Shown piece after piece: positions 1-13,489 of a DNA stretch of 64,000 nucleotides. A program made the position numbers and the translations under genes. Position 1 is the first letter of the stretch. Every line of letters begins with the position of its first letter. Origin of the DNA: Carcharhinus amblyrhynchos (lineage: Eukaryota); contig OZ336899.1 of NCBI GenBank assembly GCA_965287045.1, positions 12,586,001-12,650,000 on the forward strand, read 5' to 3'. The notes beneath the pieces are model-generated. The model had not been told where the DNA came from. It saw only the letters and a program-made list of their open reading frames with translations, and did no database searches.

Positions 1-744
1 CTACACTTTGCCCTGAGGTTCCCACACTCTTTTCAATTGGGTGATCAGATCACATGGTCCTTCCAACGCATATTCCTTAAACTTTATTGAAAGCTGGGAT
101 ACCTTTTAGGTTACATTCCACTGGATGCCAGCACCATCTGATAGCTCAACTGACAGCTTCTTTCCAATTTAGATTTGACAAAATTGATTTTGCTGAGTTA
201 TTTGACCAGGATGGATGTCCTAGCCAGTTAAAGTCCAATTTCACTCCTATTTTATATCTAAATGAGTTTCCAGCAGGATGATATGACTCTAAGATTAAGC
301 CCAAATCAGTCCATTTTCTACCTTCCACAACCTGTTCACTGGGTATGATAGTATAAATGCACAATCTGACATTGCTAAGGCTCCACAATTGCCCCCTGTT
401 CCTGCTGTGGAATTGAATACCACAGCCCCTCAACTCTCTGTATAAAGAAATCTTGCAATCCCATGTTTTAAATCCTTACATTCATTGTTGTATCTCTGGC
501 CGTTTCTACCACTGGAAACTGTCTGGTTCTATCAACTCTGTTCTAATTCTTTTATGATTTTAAATACTTATGTTTTGTGGTTCCCAGAAGTTTGAAATAA
601 TGACACTTTTAGACACAAATACTGGAGTTAACATCAACTGTTATTCTTGATGCTCGCCATGTGGACAGTGAAATGATACTTTGTTTCTTTGGAGTACTGA
701 CTGTAGTGCAATAGTAAGAGACATGTCGTTTTGGGTTTGCATGT

Positions 745-900
745 ACGCAAGTGGTTAGGTTGATTGGCCATAACAAATTGCCCCTTAGTGTCAGGGGGAT
801 TAGGGCTGTAAATATGTAGGGTTATGTGGATGGGATCTTGGGAGATTGTTGTTGGTGCAGGCTGGATGGGCCAAATGGCCTCCTTCAGCACTGTAGTTTT
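745..900 (+). mobile_element. HE1-type SINE, 3' half
   Basis: ggttaggttgattggccat..aaattgccccttagtgtcaggggg..gatgggccaaatggcctccttcagcactgtag, matching the copies at 14776 and 17338. Confidence 0.8.
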
Positions 901-2009
901 TATGTGCATAACAATATATCTCCTACCTCTTTTCAAATAATATAATAACATATTTCTCTCTTTTAGAAAAATACTTCTCTGTATCAGTGCAACTATTCCA
1001 ATCTTTTTTATTATGTCTAAATTAAAGAAGATTAACAATTGACTTTTATAATTAAACCAAATACCTTAACAGTCTTTTATAGCTTGTTTTCTCATGAAAA
1101 CTATTTACAGTATCACTTAGTTGGTAGGATGTTGTGCCGCCATTTCATGAATTTGGTTTTCTTTGCTCTCAGTGATTAGTTGGTATGTTGTACTGGCAAC
1201 GATGTACATGTTGGTCCTGGTGTTGTAAGAGTTGTAAGAGTAACTATGATATCATCTTTCTTTGTGTATTTCTATACTTCTGACATGCAATGATGTAGCC
1301 ACCAAACTATAAGAAAACTCTGTAGAGCACAGCAATACTGCAGGGGTTACTCTTAAGGTTTCAAACTTATGATTTCACTCTGAAATACAAGCCAAGGTGA
1401 CAAATACCCGAAAGCAGATACCCTACCTCATTTGTCACTTTATGAGAGATACAAGATAAAAGATCTAAGGGATGAATCTTTACATCTAGTGAACATAACA
1501 CCACTGAAATTGAGTCAAAATGGAGTTGAGACCAACAAGGAAGAATTTTAAATGCTGCCTCAGTATGTAATCAAAAGATAGCCTGACAAGTTGTAGCAAA
1601 CACAACCAACAACAAGGCACTAATGATCAATCAGAGATAACATCTCATTGGACAATGATGCTCTTTGGCCTGATGCAGAATCACCGTGCACAAAATGATG
1701 CAGAGAGAACACCTCCTGAAAATATATGAAGGTCTTGGAGACTCTCGGTGCTAGATCAGCAGCATGCTGGCTGACCTTCACAAGGACATGAAATGAACAT
1801 CATTGAACTCTCTTTCAATGTGGCATATCTGGTCTCAGCTGATTTTAGAGCTTTGGATGTGAATGCTATAGGATTCCCCTCTTGGACCAAGGGCACTGCC
1901 AGAAAAATTAATTAGTGCCTGAGAAATAGGAGACATGACTCGCAGCATTGTTGTTGGTGGACTTTGCAGTGCTGGATCCTCACTTGGTTTATTGCCACCA
2001 ACTTCACCA

Positions 2010-2345
2010 TCAACACAGCAATGGTTGATATATTCCCTGGCCAGCTGAATGGCTCTGTTCTTGCACATCTTGAAATCCATGACAGCAGGGCAGTGCAGGG
2101 ACCAGCGCTGGAGAGTGTGTTTCGTGAGGCGGGGAGGGGGCAAGGGGGTGTACTGCTTTGAGGTGAGTGTCGGGGGACTGTTCAGGGAGAATGTTCAGGA
2201 GAGGTGTCCCATTTTTACTTTTTTGTATTGGGGCGACCTTTAAAAAAGGTGCCCCGATCTTTAATAATCTAGGTTGCTGGCAGGGCAGGCTCAATCAGAG
2301 TCGCCCCGCAAGTGTGACATTGCAGGACTTGTGCCTTGGATTTCT
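2010..2345. mobile_element. Degraded DNA-transposon (Harbinger-like) remnant
   Basis: GC/CpG-richer patch containing the internal palindrome ggggcgacctttaaaaaaggtgcccc; ends not resolved. Confidence 0.35.
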
Positions 2346-2848
2346 TTTTCAAAGATCCTAATAAAACATCAGAGAAGGCTGTCATTGGGCCTGGAGACTT
2401 CAACACCACTTTCCCCACCTGCTGCGATATCACGCATTAAAAAGATAGAATGCTGCCCTCAAATTTTTCTTTCTCTCTGGCATGAACTTGGGTTGTTTTT
2501 TTTCAATCTAATTCAGCACTTATTTTGTTTACAATGCTCATGTAATACTCACAAACACCTGCTGCCACCACATTATGCCTTGTGGTTCTGAGAAATTCAA
2601 AATAATCTCACCTTTGGAAATAAATACTAAAGCTGACATCACTACAGCTATCCATGTGGGAGGTGGAATGATGCATTGCTGCTTTGGAAAATAGACTGGA
2701 AAATAGAATAGAAAATATTCTGAGTGATGTGACTTTCTGGATAACAATATAGTTCCTAGTTCTTTTTGAATAACATAAGACAACACTTCTATTATATCTG
2801 CATTGTTCTAATGAACAAATCATTTTGTCAAGACTCTTCATATTTATA

Positions 2849-3039
2849 TTTCACAGGTGCATACTGTTGCTGAGGTAGAGTTTCACAGGTGCCTACTTTT
2901 GTGGTGTTAGAGTTTCATGGGCACACACTGTTGCTAGGGTAGAGTTTCATGGGTGCCAACTGTTGCTGGGGTGGAAGTTCACTGGTGCACGCTATTGATG
3001 GGGTAGAGTTTCATGGACCACACTGTTGCTGGAGTAAAT
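2849..3039. repeat. Minisatellite, six diverged ~32-bp units
   Basis: Unit consensus TTTCAYRGGTGCACACTGTTGCTGGGGTAGAG; units start at 2849, 2881, 2913, 2945, 2978 and 3009. Confidence 0.9.
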
Positions 3040-3744
3040 AGCATCAACTTACTCAGTACGAATGGAAAGATCAAACCTGGAGTCTTTCTGTTTTGTGTAG
3101 TTCAGCAACAGCCTGAGTAGTGCAGTTACTCCATGAACCATCAGCAAAGGTATATTTTATGCTTAGGTCAAGTGTCACTCAAATCCAATGTTTGTCTGAG
3201 GAAGAAGCTGAAGATTATGTTCCAAATGACTATGGTTTTCTTTATGCAGTCGCAAAGTGTTCATGATAGTTCCTAATCCATCACGATTCAATAATAATGC
3301 AAAACCTAAACGCAGAAGTTATCAAGCAGTGAAGAGTTGAACAAAATCACTCAGCACACACCCCGTCCTGCTTGGCTGCATTTGCCTCTATCCACTTAAA
3401 TTTGATGCTATTTTTACAACTGTGTCCTATAGCATGACGCCAGTGGGATTATTTCACTCTGTGATGGTTTGAAATTTGACCATGAAGATCTATGAATGTG
3501 ATACAGAGAGATCAGCATTCTCTCACATAACTAGAGTCAGTGGAATGTGAGTGATATTGGAGTAAATTTCTTATTTTCTAATTTAGTTTTGCCACTCCCT
3601 AAGGCCAGAACACCAATATCTCTGTCGAGACTTTTTTGTCACATTGGCTAGGTCTCTGAGAATGAGATATGAATGACCTCCAAATCTTCCCCCTTTGCAT
3701 AATTAATATTGTGTTTGCTCGCTTTCTGGCACTACAAAAACAAT

Positions 3745-4130
3745 TTCTATTTCTATTAGCAGCATAGCCAAGCATTCCAAGGCACCTCACAAGGGCATAG
3801 TCAGACAAAAATTGACATCAAGCTAAAGAAGGGGATTTAGGATAAGTGCATAAAGGAGTTATCTAAATGAGAAGGAAGAGATGGAGAGGTTTTGGGAGGC
3901 CATTCCAGAGTTTAGGACCAAGTTGGTTGAATACACTTCTGCCAATGGCAGAATGAAACATGTGAGGAATGCATAACAGGCTGGAATGTGGCTTGTAGGG
4001 CTAGAGAAAGTTAGAGATAGGGATGGGTGAGGCAATGGAGAGATCTGAGCACTCAGTTGGGAAGTTTTAAATTGACATATACTTACTCTGCCTGTCAGCC
4101 TGTTGTAAAGTGAGTTGAACAACCCATGTG
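3745..4130 (-). mobile_element. L2-like LINE 3' fragment
   Basis: ccaaggcacctcacaagg..cagacaaaaattgaca..gagaggttttgggaggccattccagagtttagg; similar to 7600-7900. Confidence 0.6.
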
Positions 4131-7100
4131 ACCGCATTAAGAGCCATGTCTGGTAGGATGGGATCTGATCTGAGGTTACTTCTATATAATAAAGTTAGAC
4201 AATTAGTTTGCACCATGCCAGAAGCCGAAGAACACATGGACTGCCTTAGTAGTCTAGAGTCTGACCATAATGGCCTGTTGAGGAAAGAAGCTCATGTAGG
4301 ATGTTGGGCCCAGAACCCCAAAAAATTTGTTTTGAGACCAATCCATGTGCAAAAAGAGGGGGATTGATATCTTATCAGAAAGAGTTTTCAAATTAGAAAG
4401 ATATCAATAGCACTGCTTTAGGGAAAGGAAATCAACATTCTTTAAAGCTGACAATCAGTATTTGGTGTTAAAGGGATATCCATGGTAAAGCACTTCACTT
4501 TACTGGCTTACTCAAGAATCTTAGTGTTGTTATATACTACACACTCTCTGATATCTCCAGGACCTAGACACCCTCTCCTTTATACTTATTAGGGCAGTTC
4601 ATAGAGTCTTACAGCATAAAAGATCATTCATATCCATTCTGCCACACATTTGAAAGAGTTGATGTAGAAATCCCCTTTTGCAGTTCACTTGAAATAGACA
4701 TGCATACTTTACTGTTAAATCTTACAAGCCTGGTTCAATGTCTTAAAGCGGTTGTTAGATCCTTTTGAACGCTTCTCTTCCTTCACCTATGTTTCAGTGA
4801 TACAATGACTATCTTGAATTTCATGTTCTCTTTTTCACTGCCCCTCCAATGTCAATTCCACAACACTTCATCCATTTTTGCTATTCTCCTTTCATGCTCT
4901 CTCAATTATTTAGACAAACTGTCTGATACACTCTCCCTGCTCCTGCATCCTCATTATGTAGAAATCAAGATGCATTACACTTCCTTCCATCCCAGCACAA
5001 TCTTTGTTAATCTTGGTATTCTTTTAGTTATGTGATAGGGCAGATCCAGCTGACATATTAGCCATTCACCCTGCAATGTGTTTTTCACTTGTTGGTCCTA
5101 CCCAATCAAATATTCACGATTCTGACTTTTATGCTACGATAGGTAATCCATCTCTCTCATGGAATGCCTTCTGGCCCTTGTTTTACCTCATTAGCTCTTG
5201 ACTGACCTGTCAATGTCTCTCTGCCATGCTCTTCTCTCTGTTCGAGACCACTTAACTCATCAGTCCCTTGCTGCTTTAGCGCACTCTGAATCACCGGCCC
5301 ACCTTTGACTCACTGATCCCTATCTGTTGTAATTTTTTCTTGTTGTCAGGTATTTTGTTTCATATAGAAGTATTTGAAGTTCTAGAGGGAGACAGAATGT
5401 GTTTGAGTGATATTATCAGAGTTTGATGTGAGCATCCCACCCACAGTAATTTTATTTAAAATATGTTTTTAATATTGAACAAATGAACTTCATAATTGAC
5501 TAAGGGATTGTGCTTCAACTCACACCCCCACACAGAGAAGCTTTGAATGGCATATTGTTTTCTGGTATTCAGGAAAATGTACTCCTGTCCTCAGAGAGCT
5601 GAGTTGATTCCAAAAATCAGTTGTTCAAAATTAAATTCAAAAGCAATTGGAATATTTGGAATTACTTCAAGTTATGATTTAGAACAAAAGTGGTGCATAA
5701 GTTGGGGAACAGCAATGGGTTCACCGTGAAGCACATCACATACCTGAATGCCACCCAAAAATAAATTGTATGTAGAGGCAAAGGGGAGCGGGTGGGGGCT
5801 GTTGTAGGGAGGGGTGAAAGGAGTAGGTGGGAATCGTAATGGGTGAAGAAAGCAAGATTATGACTGGAGGATTTAGGTAATGGATGAAAGTCAGCAGTCA
5901 AGTGTTAAAATGTGGATTCTGGGGGAAGAGCCAAGAGAGATCTGGAGGGAGATTGGAAAACCCAAACCAGAAAGGCTGGCATTTACAGTATAGGGAAGAA
6001 ATGGGCCAATAGAATTACACTGTAGATTCTGGAGGAGTGGGGCATGGTACAGAGAAGGTCACCTTAAGGGTAGAGACAAGTCATGACAGCACTTGGGGCC
6101 TGCTGACTTGCAGTAGAGAAAATAAAGATTCCCAAAAGGAGCTAAACTAAGGCTGGGAGGAAAGGAGGTGAGGAGACAGCCATTGACATTGCAGGGATGA
6201 AAAACTTTCTTAAATGTTAAAAAGTCATTGCAAAATAGTTGAAAATGTGACTCCTCAAAGGGATGAAAGAAATGACTACCCAAAATGATGGGAGGAGAAG
6301 TTAAATAAGTACACTGGACAACACAAGCATCGTCTGTGGACAAGGATAGGCTGTGCAAGCAGACCTAGGCATACCATGGCCTGAAAAGCAGATAGAGTGA
6401 GGTATATTGCAGTGCTGCAGATAGCACATTCTTGGCACAGTGCAGGCACAGACTGATGGAACAATGATTGCAACTACACATAATTGCTGCCTAGTTAGTG
6501 AATGATTGCAGTTTGTGTTTATATTTTAGGACATACAAATTACATGACACTGGCTGGCTCTGTCAGCTTCATTTCCAGTGGTCTATTATTTCAAAAAAAA
6601 TGTTTCTGTGGTTTAAGTTTAAATTGAGGATCTTCAAATATGCAGTGGTACACCAGGGCCAATACATCTCCACGTCCTTAGTAAATGAGACACTTTCCAA
6701 CAAAGCAAACAGTGCGTCATACAACTTTTTGACCTATCTGGAATTGCTTCTGCTTCAATTCAGAAAACTGAAATTCCTGACTGTATTTCCTGAAAGGTTG
6801 ACACCTTTGCTCCCTTTATAACTCATTGGGTGATTATACCACCGAGCATTATACCGATCTTTAGAGAGTAGTAAGTGCCTCAGTTCAATGCCTGGAGCTT
6901 GTTGCTAGTCTCATTCAGATGGGGTATGTGATGCTTCAATTGGCCTCAGTGTCTGGGAAAGGGGAGGAGAAAATTTTTATAAATTATCGGTCTTGTTGGA
7001 AGGAGAACATCCAGCAGTTAAAATTGTGCTTCAGGGCGAGAGGAAATCGGGGAGAGTTATGACAGTAGAACTAAAGGGAGATACAATAAAGAGCAATGTT

Positions 7101-7599
7101 GAAGGCCAGTCCAAGGCAACAATTTAGTGGTTAGTTTACTGGGAGTGAAGAACACTCAGTCAGGGTGATAAGGCATAGTATTAGGGAAAACAGCGTCAGG
7201 TGAATTTTTACAGGAAAGAAAAGTTGGAAATGCGTATCTGTGTGAAGAGAGTCAGAAACGTGATGGCAAGATTTGACTCAATGTTGATCACTCAAGACAA
7301 TCCCCTTCTGACTGTAAATGAAGTGGAGAAGAATAGTCACGGCTAGAGAGTCGTACTTAGCTATAGTCGTGCAGGACCACTGTAATTAGTTTAAATTCTA
7401 TTAAAGCAGAAATAGTTATCCAGATGGTGTTTATTTGATGAGATCCAGTTTCCCAATTTTCTCACAGATCTCTAATTTACTGCCAGTGTGAACAAGCATA
7501 GTAGTGTAAAAGTGCACAAATGCCAGTCTCAGAAAACATAATTCGGAACAACTCTTTAGAAGAGGAGATAATTGGGAATAAAATACTGATGCCTCAACA

Positions 7600-7900
7600 A
7601 TGACAATTTGAATTTATATCCACCTTTAACTTGGTAAAATATCCCAAGTTACTTGACAGAATTGTAACAAGACAAACAAGCAACGATTAGCAGAAAGTCT
7701 TAAAGGAGGAGTAAGAGGTAGAGAGGCATTGAGTTTGGGAATGAATCCCAGAGCTAGGGCCTAGATATCTGAAGGCACAATCTCTGGATTAAAGGAAGGT
7801 GGAGTTGGACAAGAGACCAGAGTTGAAGAAATGAAGAGTGTAGAGTTGAAGAAGGTTACAGACATTGAGAATGTAGAGAGTCTGGTGCAGTTTGAACATT
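7600..7900 (-). mobile_element. L2-like LINE 3' fragment just upstream of the exon acceptor
   Basis: gtcttaaaggaggag..gagaggcattgagtttgggaatgaatcccagagctagggcctagatatctgaaggcac. Confidence 0.6.
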
Positions 7901-7988
7901 AAAATGTTGTTGTAAAAGGCACAAAAACATTTCAAGCTGTACAGTAAGTCTCCTCATTTTATTCTCTCTTTTTCCCCCCAATGTTCAG

Positions 7989-8338
7989 GTGACAGTGAGG
8001 TGGTAGATAACATGTATGAAACAGATCCTGAACCACCAGCTGGGGAGAGCGGAGAAGAAGAAACAGAAGACAGCATCATGTCTCCAATTCCTGTGGGCCC
8101 ACCATCCCCACTTCCCCCCAGCAACGAATTCACTCCAAAGGAAGGGTCCCCTTATGAAGCCCCTGTCTACATTCCTGATGACATTCCAATCCCACCTGAC
8201 TTCGAGCTGAGAGAGTCTTCAGTCCCTGGAGCAGGATTAGGGATTTGGGCCAAGAAGAAGAATGAAGTAGGAGAGAAATTCGGTCCCTATGCAGGGATTC
8301 AGAGGGTGACACTAAAGGACCCAAACTTCGGATGGGAG
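7989..8338 (+). CDS. PRDM16: PRDM16 exon 2 (N-terminal region and first part of PR/SET domain)
   Basis: Polypyrimidine tract plus ttcAG acceptor ending at 7988; donor GAG|GTCAGT at 8338/8339. Length 350 nt, phase 1 in and phase 0 out, as I recall for human PRDM16 exon 2. Translation DSEVVDNMYETDP...EDSIMSPIPVGPPSP...FTPKEGSPYEAPVYIPDDIPIPPDFELRESSVPGAGLGIWAK...FGWE. The MSPIPVGPPSP and NMYE motifs favour PRDM16 over its paralog MECOM. Confidence 0.93.
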
Positions 8339-11300
8339 GTCAGTCATGTAATTGTTGATTTATTATTGTTCGTGATTGATTGGGCTCAGGGGTGCTACAT
8401 GATTCAGACTAATGACATTTTTACCCTGACAATTTGTCACTGGCAATATCCCTACAATATTCCTACTAGTGCAAGCCTTCAGTATATATGATATAAACTC
8501 TATGCTTCTGACGGAGCCACAGCCCTAGTTTTCCACAGCAACCCTATGTCTGGGCCAGAGGAGAATAACAAGATAAAACAAAGAGGCAATGCTTTCAGAT
8601 AATTTCAAAGCAGCTCTCATGATGTAACATCGCCAGTGTCAAATTCTATTGTTGCACCTAATGGATCCTATTGGACTGTTGTCACGTGAGAAAATGTTAA
8701 TTACGATCTTGTGCTTCTTTGAGGTCTAAGAGCAAGTCGAGGGCCTACCCTTACAGCCACAAATGGTGCATTAGACAAACAGATTAAGGAAATGGGGAGA
8801 AAGTTGCTCAAAAACAGGAAGTCACATCCATCTCTCAAAAAATGAAGGATATGGTGTAAGATCTTATGTATCATCAATTCTAAAGAATTGCACAGGGTAC
8901 CTTTTTATTCTGTTTTTTATTGGATGTTTATGGTTGTTTTTAATAAGTCAATGTTTTTTCAAATGCATTTCACAACTTTCTCTTGCGTGTTTGTGCAGAT
9001 CTGAAAATTCAGATAATAGCTAAGTTATTGTAATATTGGTGCAATCGCTTAGCTAATGGTTTAGCTATGTTTGAAGGTAAAATCTGTAACTGGTAGTATG
9101 TACTACTGGACATTTTCTTGTTCTGGTATTTGTGCTTATGATAACCAGAAGGAAAAACTGTTTCATACAAGCTTCATAAAAAATAAGATGTGACTGTTTT
9201 GGGAGTGACAGAACACTTCTGTCAAGTGTGTTTCCAGTATAGTGTTAGTATACTGCATGACCAGGTATCAGGTAATAATATACTCACTAAAGCACTCCTT
9301 CCAGTGAATTGTTGGATATTCTGCTTTATAATGGTGGGAGTCATGCCATATACTGGACAATATATTTGTTAGCTGATGAGAGACAACAGTTCATTTTAAC
9401 TAGCATATCCCCAATGTAGAGCTATTCTGAGGCCAGTTAGAGGCTAATTGCTTGTAGGCATATCCAGGGGGTCAATCAGCAGTCAAAGGAAGACAACTGG
9501 AAATAACTGGCTTCATTTTTACAGTGTGGCACAAAACATTACATATGACAAAAGTGTGACAGAGTCATATTTGCAGTTCCCTGTGGCATTGCTCATGGTG
9601 AATTGAAATATATGTTATTTTGTAGCTGTAAAGCTCTTAGCAATAAAGTGCAACAGTGGAAATATTACAGGAAGCAAGTGTGACACTTAGAGGATGTGCA
9701 TGCTAGATGCAAGATTCATAATGCATTGTAGATTTGCAGTACTGTTATGGGACTTGGAAGACATGCAACATACTGAGCCTCCATAGAATATAAATCAAGT
9801 GTCAGCATGTGTGAAACAGTTCTTGGATTCGAATTTATGCCTTGTTTTAATCTGACTAAAGTAATTTCATATTCCAATATCCTATTAACCTTATTGCAGA
9901 GTCACCAGGATTTAAATCTAGTCTTTGTTATAACCTGATCGAAGAGCCTCCAGGATCCTGATCCAACCCTTGTATAATTTCACAGACGATGATTCCAAAG
10001 ATGCTTGCCCAGTCCACATTTAATTGTGACTGAGTCAACTTCAGGATCCTGATCCAATGCATGTTTTAAGGCTGATTCTCACTTCTGTTGATAATGTAAT
10101 TATATTGTTTGGCATTTGTTGTTATGGAAGCATTTCCCTTTTTAAGAAAACAATGGCCAATGAGACAGAATTGAATGAATGGTTTTGTGTCTGCTTTGCC
10201 GCACAATGCCAGGATTGTCTTCAAAGAATAGCCATTGCGAGACTGTCCAATGAAAATGATGTAACATGGCTGAAGGTCATGTGACTTTCAAACGTTGATC
10301 ATTCGCCGCTGAAAGAAGATCAGTGCAGCTATATCACTTGGATAATGTTGTATTAATTCTTCTGCAAAAATAATATTTAATTGCAAGCTCAGCCCACCTG
10401 TGACATGTTTTAAATGACAAGCCAACACTTGCAGCAATGGTGAACTTTTATCATGGCTGCACTTTGACTGGGAAGATAAGGAACCAAACCATCTTACAGC
10501 ATAGTGTTACCTGTACGTGAAGGCATCCAAATTGCCCTGTTTATAAAGAGCCATCACAATGGCAGGTCTACTTCTACAATTATCGTCATAACATAAGTGA
10601 AGTAATGTGTAGTTCTTGTGTGTCTGTGCTACTTAGTTCTCAGTATCCATTATTTTCTGTATTCATCATTCTGGACTGTGTAGAGTAGCAGTTATCATTC
10701 TAACAATCCTGAATATATGTTATTTCTTAGTATTTGTTCTTTGAACACAATTCTGTCTATGGATTCTCAGGATCAGCAAAAGCTTTGATCCTGGACACTG
10801 TTAGAAGGACGCTGATTCAGTTCTTTTCTAACGGAATTTGTTACTAATGGTGGTGGAGCCCTACATGCACCTGCTACCAATGGCACTACGACTGCAGAAA
10901 GGCCTTAACATTAGGTCTGAAATATTGCAGGGGGAAGGGAGACTTGCTGCCTTCAGGCACAGGAAGCTCCGAGGATTAATTTAGACCCATTCTACCAAGA
11001 CAGACAATTCAATCTACTGGATGCATAGCTTCAGGCTCTATCCATTCTCTGTCTATTCTTCTCCGACATAAATGTGTTTCACTAGTAATCGCCTATTTAA
11101 AAACCATTAAGTGGCTTTTATTGCAACATAATATTTCACTCACATTACTCAAAAGCTATTTAGATGAGGTTGCCTCTCTCCCTCAATAAGTTCAGGTGAA
11201 GCTGCAAAACAGTGTCAGTTCTGCAGCTAATGGATTCAGTCCATGTTAGTTTGAAGTAAATATCCTGTCTTACATTTTCCTGAACTTGATTAAGGGTCAT

Positions 11301-11899
11301 TCAATAAAATTGAAGCTATCACTTGCAAGACAAAAGAAAACGCCAATTTGTATTCCTAATGATAACAAAGAGATGTTATTTGGAGTGCAAAAATTTTAGA
11401 AATGGTGCACCCCCTGAGATAATTGCTGCACTCCCAGGAGTCAGTGTTGCACCCACTTCTACCTTTGGTACACATGGATGATTGAGATTTGGATAGATGG
11501 AGCACAAAAATGTTAATGACATAAAAATAGGGGTTTAAAAACAGTGAGCAGAGCTGTAAAAGATTTCAAGAGGAGAAAGGCAGATTGGTGAAGTTGGTAG
11601 AGAGGGGACAGATTCAAGTTAAAGTGGACTTTTTTTATTTGTTCATGTGGTGTGGGCTTTGCTGGCAAGACCAGCACTTGTTGCTGTACGTAATTGCCCT
11701 TGGGAAGGTAGATGAACGCGTGGTAATAGATTTGAGAATAAAGAAGGAAAATGAGTGAATGCTCAATGAAAAGATGTGAAAAGGTCTGGGTGAACAGGTA
11801 GATTTAGATTCAAAATGCATAATTATCTAACAGTAAGAGTGCAGGTACATAAATCTGTAAAGAAGAATAATGGCATTTTGAGTTTTAAAACACGCACAG

Positions 11900-12430
11900 A
11901 GTAAAAGAGCAAAAATAAATAATACATTTGCACAAAGTTTTGCTTCAGTCATGACTAGCTTTTAATGTTTGAATTCAATGTGTAGCTATAAAGAGCGTAC
12001 ATCATAGATTTAACAGGATGGAAAACTTGATATAGGGGACTCCTTTTACTGGACCAGAGAAGGCTAAAAACAGATTTAATTAAGTTTTATAATTATGCAA
12101 TGGTTTTGAATGAGTGACAGGGAAAGACAATTTTCTTTGGTTGGGGAATCAATTTCACAGGGCATCAAAACAAGATTGTCCCTAAGAGATTGAGGAAAAC
12201 TTAGCCAAAATTACTTTGAGGATTGTTGGAGCATAGAATGATTTACTGCAGGGAGTGGTTGAGGCAGTGACCATTGTATCTCCACGAGGACAACTAGAAA
12301 AAATATCTGAAGCAGGGAAGGAACAAAGCTATGGAATAGGGTGAATGAGTGGGATTGGTTTTGGATTGCTGTGACAAAGTGGTGGCATTGATGCCATTGG
12401 CCAAATGGTCCTCTTTATGTGTAAACTTCA
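11900..12430 (+). mobile_element. Old CR1 LINE 3' fragment
   Basis: Decayed CR1 RT C-terminal sequence (agatttaacaggatg..gagaaggcta..) and 3' UTR ggccaaatggtcctctttatgtg. Confidence 0.55.
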
Positions 12431-13489
12431 ATGATTCTCCAACACCATCGCTGAGTTTTGGCAAGAGGATTGTCACCATTTTTTATGTCTGAAATTGGAC
12501 AGCTGCAAAGAATAGCTAATGGGAGCATGGCATAAGTTTTGAAATTTGCATTATCCTGCATAATTTTGTTGAGAACCTAAATAACTAACTTCATTAATTA
12601 ACAACTGCACAAGATATGAGTATGTATGAAGATCCAGCCTGATCAGAATCAGTCTTTTGTGTGTAGTTTACATTTTAGAAAATGTCATATTACCATTCAT
12701 AAACAAGATCATCAGGGTATTATCAGTAGACAGACACAATCCCCTTTAGTCCTCAGGTGAACACAAACAAGTTGGCCTAATGTCACCAAAGCAGTGTTAC
12801 AATTGACAACAGAGGTTGCCTTCTCTCCCCTTTTCCTCCTCTTCTGGTGGCAACAAGACAGGGCTTTAATGTAAAACAGGAAACAGTTCCATTAGCAATG
12901 TCAGTGTGTCAGGAAACTGATACATTGTGATATAAAAATTTATTTGCCCATCATTTTAAGTAATGATAAAAAGTGATAATGCAGACTATTATTTTAAGAT
13001 AAGAATTAGAATCCTACAGCAGAATCCATGTGTTTTTTTTATTTCTGTGTATAGATCAGACCTCCCTTAAGGCCACTTATATATTAGAGATATAAGAAAG
13101 TACAAGCTATCCCAAAGACTAATCCGCAAACTACTTCAGATTAAACTCTGACTAAAGGACAAAAGGGGTAAGAGAATTTAAGACTGATGTCAGCAAGTTC
13201 TTCTTCACACAAAGAGTGGGTGAAGGATTTTGCACATAACACTCATCAATCTGAGATCTTATTCCCATTGTGGGGATTTGCTGGATGGAAGATTGCAGGC
13301 CAGCAAATGCAAAGACATGAAATCTGAAGCCTGCCCCTGAAAAGATCTTTGGATGGAGTTGCAGCAGCACACCCACTTGATTCATGTGAGTAAGTTAAAT
13401 GCTATGATGTGGGTCTTTTCTCTGTTTGAATGAGCTAAATTGACTTAACTGAGATTCCCTCATTTATATTTATTTTCTGACCTGCACAA

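Noticed and set aside
634-1038. 134-aa minus-strand ORF
   Set aside because: Crosses an antisense HE1 fragment and AT-rich DNA; no protein motif.
2849-3039. CRISPR-like array
   Set aside because: Head-to-tail units with no unique spacers, in a vertebrate context.
7989-8338. Calling the exon MECOM (MDS1-EVI1)
   Set aside because: N-terminal motifs and exon length fit PRDM16 better; synteny is not visible here, so a small doubt remains.
8000-8491. 163-aa ORF as a complete gene
   Set aside because: Only 7989-8338 is exonic; homology stops at FGWE, exactly at the GT donor, and the rest is intron read-through.
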